A DNA stretch of 64,000 nucleotides from Rhodocyclaceae bacterium (lineage in GTDB: Bacteria; Pseudomonadota; Gammaproteobacteria; Burkholderiales; Rhodocyclaceae): the NCBI GenBank assembly GCA_034004665.1, contig JAVEWF010000001.1, forward strand, positions 5,134 to 69,133. The letters are read 5' to 3'. The notes below the pieces were generated by a model. The model worked only from the letters and a program-made list of their open reading frames with translations. It ran no database searches and was not told the DNA's origin. Positions 12,137-19,816 of this stretch are shown piece by piece (position 1 is the stretch's first letter; every line of letters begins with the position of its first letter). Position numbers and translations under genes: made by a program.

Positions 12137-14752
12137 TCAGCCTTCCGCGATGCGCTGTGCGATGTGGGCCAGCGCCTCCTCGACCTGATCGACGAGGATC
12201 AGGCACAGGTCGCCGGGCTGCAGCTTTGCCAATGCCGTGTCGATGGCGAGGAACTCGCCGCGGACCTCCTCCACCTGCTTCGTGCGCGTGGCCGATGCCA
12301 ACCCCTGCCTGAGCAGCCCCAGCACCTCGCCATCCGCCCGGCCGCGCTGGCAGGCATCCTGATAGAGGATCGTGCCGTCGAAGGCCTCGCCGAGGATTTC
12401 GGTCTGGCGACGGATGTCTTCGTCACGACGGTCGCCGGCACCGCTGATCACCACCCAGCGTTGTTTCGCCGGCAGGGCTTCGACCGCCTGCACCAGCGCC
12501 TGGATGGCGTCCGGGTTGTGGCCGTAGTCGGCGACCAGCGTCGCGCCGCGGTAGTCGAACACGTTGAAGCGGCCCGGGGCCGTGGCTGCATCGCTGACGA
12601 AGGTCGCCAGGCCGAGGCGGATGGTGTTCCAGTCGATGCCGAGCGCCCAGGCGGCGCCGATGGCCGCCATGGCGTTCTCGACCTGAAAGCCGATGCTGCC
12701 GCCGCGGGTGAGCGGGATGCTGACCAGTTCCAGGCGTTCCGCCAGCGCGCCCTCGGCCGCGACGATCGCATCGCCGTCACGGTACAGGGCACGCCTGCCC
12801 TGCGCACGGTGGGTCATCATGACCGGATGCTGGGGGTCCATGGCGAAGAAGATCACCTCGCCGGGGCAGGATGCCGCCATCTTCGCGACGTTCGGGTCGG
12901 CGGCATTCAATACTGCCGTCCCCATACTGACGGCGGATCCGGCTGACGCCGTCCCGCCAGCGCCGACATTCTGGACGATGACGCGTTTCACCACGGCCAG
13001 TTCCTCGGTCGTGGTGATGTAGTTGAGGCCGAGATGGTCGCCCACGCCGATGTTGGTCACCACGGCCACGTCGCAGCGATCGAAGCCCAGTCCTTCGCGC
13101 AACACGCCGCCGCGCGCGGTTTCGAATACCGCTGCGTCGACTTCGGGGTGCATCAGCACGTTCTTGGCGCTCTTCGGCCCGCTGCAGTCGCCGGTATCGA
13201 TGCGGTGCCCGTGCACATAGACGCCGTCGGTCGTGGTCATGCCCAGCCGCTTGCCCGTCTGGCCGATCAGATGGGCGATCAGGCGGACCGTGGTGGTCTT
13301 GCCGTTGGTGCCGGCGACAGCCACGACGGGGATGCGCCCACTCATTTGACCATCCGGACCCGACGGGAACATGGTGTCGATGACCGCCGATCCGACGTCG
13401 CGCCCCTTGCCGAAGGAGGGATCGAGGTGCATGCGCAGGCCCGGTGCGGCATTGACCTCGACGATGCCGCCGCCCTGGCCTTCAAGCGGCCGGCCGATGT
13501 TTTCGCACACGACGTCCACCCCGCAGATGTCGATGCCGACCATCTTCGCCGCGGCGATGGCACGGGCGGCGACTTCCGGATGGACGTCGTCGGTGACATC
13601 GGTGGCCGTGCCGCCGGTGGAGAGATTGGCGTTGTTGCGCAGCACCGCGCGGGCCCCCTTGGGCAATACGGAGTCCGCCGAGTAGCCCTGCACGGCCAGG
13701 CGCGCATGCGCAATGTCGTCGAAGCGGATCTTGGTCAGCGACGTTGCGTGCCCCTCGCCCCGGCGCGGATCGCTGTTCACGATCTCCACCAGCTCTCGCA
13801 CCGTATGCTCGCCGTCGCCGATGACATGGGGCGGATCGCGGCGCGCCGCGGCGATCAGGCGGTCGCCGACGACCAGCAGGCGGAAGTCGTGGCCGGTGAT
13901 GAAGCGTTCGACCATGACCTGATCGCTGATTGCCTGCGCCGCCGCGAAGGCAATCTCGAAATGGTCGCGGCTGACGATGTTGACCGTTACGCCCTTGCCC
14001 TGGTTGCCATCGACCGGCTTGGTCACGACCGGCAGGCCGATCTCGTTCGCCGCCAGCCAGCCGGCCTCGGCATCCTCGACGACACGGCCGAGGGGGACCG
14101 GCACGCCGGCGGCATCGAGCAGGTGCTTGGTCAGGTCCTTGTCCTGCGCGATCGACTCGGCGATCGCCGACGTGCTGTCGATTTCGGCGGCCTGGATGCG
14201 CCGCTGCCGGCTGCCCCAGCCGAACTGGACCAGGCTGCCGCTGGTCAGGCGGCGGTACGGAATATCGCGCGCCACCGCGGCATTGACGATCGAACCGGTC
14301 GAGGGGCCGAGCCGCTCGTCCTCGTCGAGTTCGCGCAGGGTGGCGAGCGCGGCATCGAGGTCGAAGGGCGTGTCTTCGATCGCCGCGCGGCACAGCGCCT
14401 CGGCGAGTTCCATCGCCTTGCGGCCGACGGCCTCTTCCGTATATTCGACGATGACCTGGAACAGGCCGGCTTCGGTCGTCGGCGCGGTCCGGCCGAAGGA
14501 CACCGGGCAACCGGCCTGCGCCTGAAGGTTGAGTGCCGCGTACTGCAGGGCATGGGCCACCGAGATGTCGCCTTCGTGGCCGATGGGCCGCAAGGCGCCG
14601 ATCAGGGGGAAACGGGCGCGGACACGCGCCTCGAAGCCGGGGATCAGCTCGATGGTCCGTTCGTTCTCGTCGCAGAAGACGAGCGCCTGGATGGCGGTAT
14701 GGCGTGACCAGAGATTGGGGCCGCGCAGGGCCCGGGTACGCGAAATTTCCAT
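12137..14752 (-). CDS. cphA: Cyanophycin synthetase
   Basis: LRGPNLWS, LGPSTGSIV, ATP-grasp KPVDGNQGKG and EVNAAPGLRMH, Mur-ligase GTNGKTT, ETARGG, DYGHN. Confidence 0.96.
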   Translation of the reverse strand: MEISRTRALRGPNLWSRHTAIQALVFCDENERTIELIPGFEARVRARFPLIGALRPIGHEGDISVAHALQYAALNLQAQAGCPVSFGRTAPTTEAGLFQVIVEYTEEAVGRKAMELAEALCRAAIEDTPFDLDAALATLRELDEDERLGPSTGSIVNAAVARDIPYRRLTSGSLVQFGWGSRQRRIQAAEIDSTSAIAESIAQDKDLTKHLLDAAGVPVPLGRVVEDAEAGWLAANEIGLPVVTKPVDGNQGKGVTVNIVSRDHFEIAFAAAQAISDQVMVERFITGHDFRLLVVGDRLIAAARRDPPHVIGDGEHTVRELVEIVNSDPRRGEGHATSLTKIRFDDIAHARLAVQGYSADSVLPKGARAVLRNNANLSTGGTATDVTDDVHPEVAARAIAAAKMVGIDICGVDVVCENIGRPLEGQGGGIVEVNAAPGLRMHLDPSFGKGRDVGSAVIDTMFPSGPDGQMSGRIPVVAVAGTNGKTTTVRLIAHLIGQTGKRLGMTTTDGVYVHGHRIDTGDCSGPKSAKNVLMHPEVDAAVFETARGGVLREGLGFDRCDVAVVTNIGVGDHLGLNYITTTEELAVVKRVIVQNVGAGGTASAGSAVSMGTAVLNAADPNVAKMAASCPGEVIFFAMDPQHPVMMTHRAQGRRALYRDGDAIVAAEGALAERLELVSIPLTRGGSIGFQVENAMAAIGAAWALGIDWNTIRLGLATFVSDAATAPGRFNVFDYRGATLVADYGHNPDAIQALVQAVEALPAKQRWVVISGAGDRRDEDIRRQTEILGEAFDGTILYQDACQRGRADGEVLGLLRQGLASATRTKQVEEVRGEFLAIDTALAKLQPGDLCLILVDQVEEALAHIAQRIAEG
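12947..12970 (-). repeat. 24-bp motif copy (1 core mismatch), in cphA
   Basis: Minus strand reads aatgtcgg-cgctggcgg-gacggcg; encodes NVGAGGTA. Confidence 0.7.
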
Positions 14753-16912
14753 TTAGGTGGCGTTTCCGTAGGTTTCGATGCCGGCACGCAGGATCTCGGG
14801 CGACAGGCCGAGCGCCCAGCCGGTGGCCAGTGCGGCGAGGATGGGGGTGAGCGTGGCCGGGGATTCGTTCAGTACCGGAACCAGGGCCAGTTCGACCAGC
14901 GGCGCTTCGAGGGAGGCGGCGGCGAGGACGACTCGTCCATCGCGCACCACGATCGCGCGCCCGCCCTGGCGGCGGTGCTCGATGAGCAGCGGCAGGGAGG
15001 CGTCGGTACCGAAGAAAACCACTTCCCCGTCGGACAGTTCCGCCAGGGAAGCGACGTTCGCATCATCGGCGTTGAGCACGGCAGCGCCACCGGGCAACAC
15101 GACATCGATCTGGGTCCGGAAGACCTTGACGAGCATTTCCCCCGTGGTGATCTCGTGCTCCGGCAACAGGTCGTTTGCGTCGATCGACGTGACGACGCCG
15201 ACCTGGCAGCGGTCGTAGGCAAGCCCTTCCGTCGCCATTGTGCGGGCCGGATTCTCGATCACGGCCGCATCGACGGCGCGGTTCATCAGCAGCCGCTGTG
15301 CGGGCGCCCAGCAAGTGCAGTCTCCGCCCTGCACCTGGCGACGGTCGAGATACAGTCCTTCCCGGCACGCAAGGCCGGTCCGCCGGCCGTCGAGTTGGAG
15401 GAGCCGTGCGACGATCTGCGCCACGGGAGTAGTGTCATGGCTCCCGGTAATGCCGACGACCGGGATGCGCCCGTTGTCACGGTTCGGAAAGAGATGGTCG
15501 ACGATCGCCTCGCCGACCGGGCGCGGCTGGCCGACGGCAGGCTTGAGGTGCATCAGCAGGCTCGGTCCGGCATTCACTTCCACGATGGCGCCGCCCTGCT
15601 CCGCCAGCGGCCGCGAGACGTCCTCGCAGACGAGGTCGATGCCGGCGATGTCGAGCCCGACGATCTTCGCCGCGAGACAGGCCGTGCGGGCAGTGTCGGG
15701 ATGCACCTCGTCCGTCACGTCGGTGGCGTAGGTGCCGGTGCGCTGGATCAGGATTTGCTGCCCGTCGGCCGGTACCGAGTCCGGCGTCATCTGCTGGCGT
15801 TCGAGCAGCAGCAGGATGCCCGGCTCGCGCTCCAGCACGATGGTTTCGAGCGGGAATTCCTCCGCCTCGCCCCGGCGCGGATCGGTGTTGAGCTGGCTGT
15901 CGATGAGTTCGCGCACCGTCGCCCGGCCGTCGCCGACGATGTAAATGCTCTCGCCGCGGGCCGCGGCCACCAGCCGGTCATTGATGACCAGCAGGCGATG
16001 CTCCTCGCCGCGAATGTGGCGTTCGACCATCACGCCGCTCCCCTCGGCATCGGCGATCGGGAAAGCGGCCTCGACTTCTTCGCGACTCATCAGCTCCAGC
16101 GATACGCCACGGCCGTGATTGCCATTGTCCGGCTTGACGACCACCGGCAGTCCGATGTCCTGCGCGGCCTCCCAGGCATCGGCCGGATCGTCGACCATGC
16201 GGCCTGCCGGTATCGGTACGCCACAGGCCGCGAGCAGCGTCTTGGTCAGGTCCTTGTCGCAGGCGATGCTCTCGGCGATGGCCGAAGTCGAGTCGGTCTC
16301 CGCCGTCCAGATGCGGCGACTTTTCGCGCCATAGCCGAGCTGGACGAGATTGCCGTCGTTGAGCCGGATGTGTGGAATGCGCCGCGCCTTGCTGTCGGCC
16401 GCGTCGACGATGCACGCCGTGCTCGGGCCGAGCATCTTGCGGTCGGCCATCTCGTGCAGGCGCCTTACCGTGCCGGCGACGTCGAAGGGCCGGTCCTCGA
16501 TGGCCGCCATCACGAGGTCGCGCGCCGCATGGAGGGCTTCGCGCGTCACGTCCGGATGCCAGGCGCGCACCACCACCTTGTAGCGGCCGACCTGCGTCAT
16601 GCTGCGCGCCCGGCCGAAACCGCCGGGCATGCCCGCCTGGTTCTGCAGTTCGAGGGTGATGTGCTCCATGATGTGGGCGGGCCAGGTGCCCTCTTCCAGC
16701 CGCTTGATGAAACCGCCCTCCTCCCCGTAGCTGCAACGATGCGACTGCAGACCGGGCAACCAGGCCACCAGCCGTTCGGTGAAGCCGGGCAGCGTGTTGG
16801 AAGGACACTCTTCCAGTTTGCCGATATCGACCCAGGCTTCGAGGACCGGGCGGTAGGTCCACATGTTCGGACCGCGCAAATGCACGATCTTCAGGAATTC
16901 GATGGATTTCAT
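14753..16912 (-). CDS. cphA: Cyanophycin synthetase paralog (CphA'-type; truncated, degenerate Mur-ligase domain)
   Basis: LRGPNMWT, LGPSTACIV, KPDNGNHGRG, EVNAGPSLLMH; P-loop altered to GITGSHDTT; ends before the C-terminal DYxHN domain; ATG at 16912. Confidence 0.9.
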   Translation of the reverse strand: MKSIEFLKIVHLRGPNMWTYRPVLEAWVDIGKLEECPSNTLPGFTERLVAWLPGLQSHRCSYGEEGGFIKRLEEGTWPAHIMEHITLELQNQAGMPGGFGRARSMTQVGRYKVVVRAWHPDVTREALHAARDLVMAAIEDRPFDVAGTVRRLHEMADRKMLGPSTACIVDAADSKARRIPHIRLNDGNLVQLGYGAKSRRIWTAETDSTSAIAESIACDKDLTKTLLAACGVPIPAGRMVDDPADAWEAAQDIGLPVVVKPDNGNHGRGVSLELMSREEVEAAFPIADAEGSGVMVERHIRGEEHRLLVINDRLVAAARGESIYIVGDGRATVRELIDSQLNTDPRRGEAEEFPLETIVLEREPGILLLLERQQMTPDSVPADGQQILIQRTGTYATDVTDEVHPDTARTACLAAKIVGLDIAGIDLVCEDVSRPLAEQGGAIVEVNAGPSLLMHLKPAVGQPRPVGEAIVDHLFPNRDNGRIPVVGITGSHDTTPVAQIVARLLQLDGRRTGLACREGLYLDRRQVQGGDCTCWAPAQRLLMNRAVDAAVIENPARTMATEGLAYDRCQVGVVTSIDANDLLPEHEITTGEMLVKVFRTQIDVVLPGGAAVLNADDANVASLAELSDGEVVFFGTDASLPLLIEHRRQGGRAIVVRDGRVVLAAASLEAPLVELALVPVLNESPATLTPILAALATGWALGLSPEILRAGIETYGNAT

Positions 16913-16991
16913 GGGGATGAGGGGAGACGGATGCGGTGTTTTCCGAGTGAACGCCGCATTCTCGCAAAAGCTGACACTTCCGTAAAAAATA

Positions 16992-17015
16992 AAAATCGGC
17001 GCTGGCGGGACGGCG
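16992..17015 (+). repeat. 24-bp motif copy in divergent cphA'/ABC promoter region
   Basis: aaaatcgg-cgctggcgg-gacggcg. Confidence 0.85.
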
Positions 17016-17063
17016 GGTCGTATCATTTCGGCCGCTCTTTTCTTCGCCTTTACTGCCCCAGTC

Positions 17064-19262
17064 GTGACCGAACCTGCCAGACCGCCCCTCGATCCCGGCG
17101 AGCGCATTCTCGCCACATTGGATCTCGATCTCGACGACCGGATGACCTTTCGTGCCGGCCAGCTCGTCCTGACCGACCGACGGATTCTGGCCGGTCCGGA
17201 GACATGGCAGGCGTGGCCGCTATGCGCCGGATCGACACTGCACCATCACGATCATGCCGGCATCGGCACGCTCGAGCTTTCCGCCGCGACAGACCATCAG
17301 GCCCATCCGGGCACCGCCCGATGGCGCTACACGCTGGGCCGCCACCGCGATGCGCAACGTTTCGAACAGGCCTTCAACCGGCAGGTGGCCAGCATCGCCA
17401 GCGGCCGTCCGGCCGTTCCGGCCGACGCGGAAGAGACGTCCACCGACTTCGCTCCGGAACGCAGCGCCCCACCCTCGACCTGGACCCTGCTGCGCCTGTG
17501 GCGCTTCGCCCGGCCGTACAGGGGGATGCTGCTGGCCGGCTTTCTGCTCACGCTGGCCGCCACCGCCGCGACGCTGGTGCCGCCCTACCTGACCATGCCG
17601 CTGATGGACGACGTGCTGATTCCCTGGCAGAACGGCACGCCGATCGATTGGACCAAAGTGACCTGGCTGCTCGGTGGCCTGTTCGGTGCGGCCATCCTCG
17701 CCTGGGGGCTGGGCTGGGCGCGCACCTATATCCTCGCACTGGTTTCCGAGCGCATCGGCGCCGACCTGCGCACCACCACCTACGAACACCTGCTCAAGCT
17801 CTCCCTCGAATACTTCGGCGGCAAGCGCACCGGCGACCTGCTGGCGCGCATCGGGTCGGAAACCGATCGCATCAACGTCTTCCTCTCGCTGCACCTGCTC
17901 GATTTCGCCACGGACGTGCTGATGATCGCGATGACGGCGGCGATCCTCTTCTCGATCAATCCCTGGCTGGCGCTGGCGACCCTGCTGCCGCTGCCGGTGA
18001 TCGCCTGGCTGATCCACACCGTGCGTGACCGGCTGCGGACGGGGTTCGAGCAAATTGACCGCGTCTGGGCCGAGGTGACCAGCGTGCTGGCCGATACCAT
18101 TCCCGGCATCCGCGTCGTCAAGGCCTTCGCGCAGGAGACACGCGAGGCGCAGCGCTTCCGCGAGGCCAACCGGCACAATCTCGAGGTGAATGACCGGCTC
18201 AATCGCGTCTGGTCGCTGTTCGCCCCGACCGTCGGCCTGCTGACGGAGATCGGCGTGCTCGTGGTCTGGGTGTTCGGCATCTGGCTGATCGCCCACGACC
18301 GCATCACGGTCGGCGTGCTGACCGCCTTCCTCGCCTACATCACCCGTTTCTACGTGCGGCTCGATTCGATGAGCCGCATCGTTTCGGTCACCCAGAAGGC
18401 CGCCGCCGGCGCCAAGCGCATCTTCGACATCCTCGATCACGTGTCGAGCGTGCCCGAACCCGCGCAGCCCGCTCCCCTGCCGCCGCTGAAAGGCGGCATC
18501 GAAATTCGCGGCGTGCATTTCCGCCATGGCAACCGCGCCATCCTCAAGGGCATCGACCTCGACATCCGCCCCGGCGAGATGATCGGCCTCGTCGGCCACA
18601 GCGGTTCGGGCAAGAGCACGCTGGTCAACCTCATCTGCCGCTTCTACGATGTGACCGGCGGCTCGATCCGCGTCGAGGGCATCGACCTGCGCAGCATCGC
18701 CGTCGCCGACTGGCGCAGGCACATCGGCCTCGTGCTGCAGGAGCCTTTCCTGTTCTTCGGCACCATCGCCGAGAACATCGCTTACGGCCGGCCCGACGCC
18801 ACCCGGGAACAGATCGTCGCCGCCGCACGCGCCGCCCATGCCCACGAATTCATCCTGCGCCAGCCCTTCGGCTATGACTCGCTCGTGGGCGAGCGCGGGC
18901 AGTCGCTTTCGGGCGGCGAGCGCCAGCGCATCTCCATCGCCCGCGCGTTGCTGATCGACCCGAAGATCCTCATCCTCGACGAAGCCACCTCGGCGGTCGA
19001 CACCGAGACCGAATTCGAGATCCAGAGTGCGCTGAACAACCTGATCCGCGGGCGTACCACCATCGCCATCGCCCACCGCCTGTCCACGCTGCGGCGGGCC
19101 GACCGGCTCGTCGTGATGGATCGCGGCCGCATTGTCGAAATCGGCGACCACGACACGCTGATGGCCCGCGCAGGCCATTACTGGCGGCTCTACATGGCAC
19201 AAAGCCGGCAGCTCGACGCCCCGCCGCCCCTGGGCGAGGACATGACGGAGGAAGCGCCATGA
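17064..19262 (+). CDS. ABC transporter, fused permease/ATPase with ~150-aa N-terminal extension (cyanophycin-locus associated)
   Basis: TM helices, Walker A GHSGSGKS, LSGGERQ, ILILDEATS, IAHRLST. Confidence 0.92.
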   Translation: MTEPARPPLDPGERILATLDLDLDDRMTFRAGQLVLTDRRILAGPETWQAWPLCAGSTLHHHDHAGIGTLELSAATDHQAHPGTARWRYTLGRHRDAQRFEQAFNRQVASIASGRPAVPADAEETSTDFAPERSAPPSTWTLLRLWRFARPYRGMLLAGFLLTLAATAATLVPPYLTMPLMDDVLIPWQNGTPIDWTKVTWLLGGLFGAAILAWGLGWARTYILALVSERIGADLRTTTYEHLLKLSLEYFGGKRTGDLLARIGSETDRINVFLSLHLLDFATDVLMIAMTAAILFSINPWLALATLLPLPVIAWLIHTVRDRLRTGFEQIDRVWAEVTSVLADTIPGIRVVKAFAQETREAQRFREANRHNLEVNDRLNRVWSLFAPTVGLLTEIGVLVVWVFGIWLIAHDRITVGVLTAFLAYITRFYVRLDSMSRIVSVTQKAAAGAKRIFDILDHVSSVPEPAQPAPLPPLKGGIEIRGVHFRHGNRAILKGIDLDIRPGEMIGLVGHSGSGKSTLVNLICRFYDVTGGSIRVEGIDLRSIAVADWRRHIGLVLQEPFLFFGTIAENIAYGRPDATREQIVAAARAAHAHEFILRQPFGYDSLVGERGQSLSGGERQRISIARALLIDPKILILDEATSAVDTETEFEIQSALNNLIRGRTTIAIAHRLSTLRRADRLVVMDRGRIVEIGDHDTLMARAGHYWRLYMAQSRQLDAPPPLGEDMTEEAP

Positions 19263-19729
19263 CCCTCCCGTTCGACCTGCAGCGCAACGCCTTGGGCCGG
19301 CTGCTCTTCGTCGGCGCGGACGGGACGGCGCACGAAGGGGTCGTGCCGGTACGCGCCTTCGCCCTGACCTGCCCCGACGAAGGCATCGCCCTGTTGTCGA
19401 CGGAAGGCCGCGAACTGGCGTGGCTGACACGCCTCGCCGATCTGCCGCCGTCGCAACGCGCGCTGGTCGAGGCGGAACTGGCCCAACGCGAATTCATGCC
19501 GGTGATCGAGCGCATCCTGTCCGTGAACAGCTATGCCACGCCGAGCACCTGGCAGGTCGAGACCGACCGCGGTGCGACGCAGCTGCTGTTGAAGAGCGAA
19601 GACGACATTCGCCGCCTCAAAGGTCCCGGCGCGCTGCTGATCGCCGACGGCAACGGCATTCATTACCTGATCCGCGACCGCCGGCAACTCGATCCCGACA
19701 GCCAGAAGATTCTCAAACGCTTCCTGTAA
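19259..19729 (+). CDS. DUF1854-like protein
   Basis: VPVRAF, REFMPVIERI, WQVETDRG, EDDIRRL pattern; ATGA overlap with the ABC gene. Confidence 0.8.
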   Translation: MTLPFDLQRNALGRLLFVGADGTAHEGVVPVRAFALTCPDEGIALLSTEGRELAWLTRLADLPPSQRALVEAELAQREFMPVIERILSVNSYATPSTWQVETDRGATQLLLKSEDDIRRLKGPGALLIADGNGIHYLIRDRRQLDPDSQKILKRFL

Positions 19730-19816
19730 TGCCGCAACTCATCCGCCCGGTATCGGGAAGCGGGGCTATACTCGCCGATAAGCCTGCAGTATCAATATCC
19801 TGCGTGAATATCCGGC

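Larger units (their letters stand above)
11312..12151. mobile_element. ~0.8-kb AT-richer insert/remnant bounded by ~42-bp imperfect direct repeats
   Basis: 11312-11353 gccgtcctgccggcgccgactttttggttcagctttcccgat vs 12108-12151 gccgtcccgtcggcgccgacttttttcgttcagccttccgcgat; interior visibly lower GC; no integrase present. Confidence 0.6.

Noticed and set aside
16301-16324. Near-match to the 24-bp motif (cgccgtccagatgcggcgactttt); a similar weak case lies at 1863-1886
   Set aside because: Wrong spacing or two core mismatches; not counted
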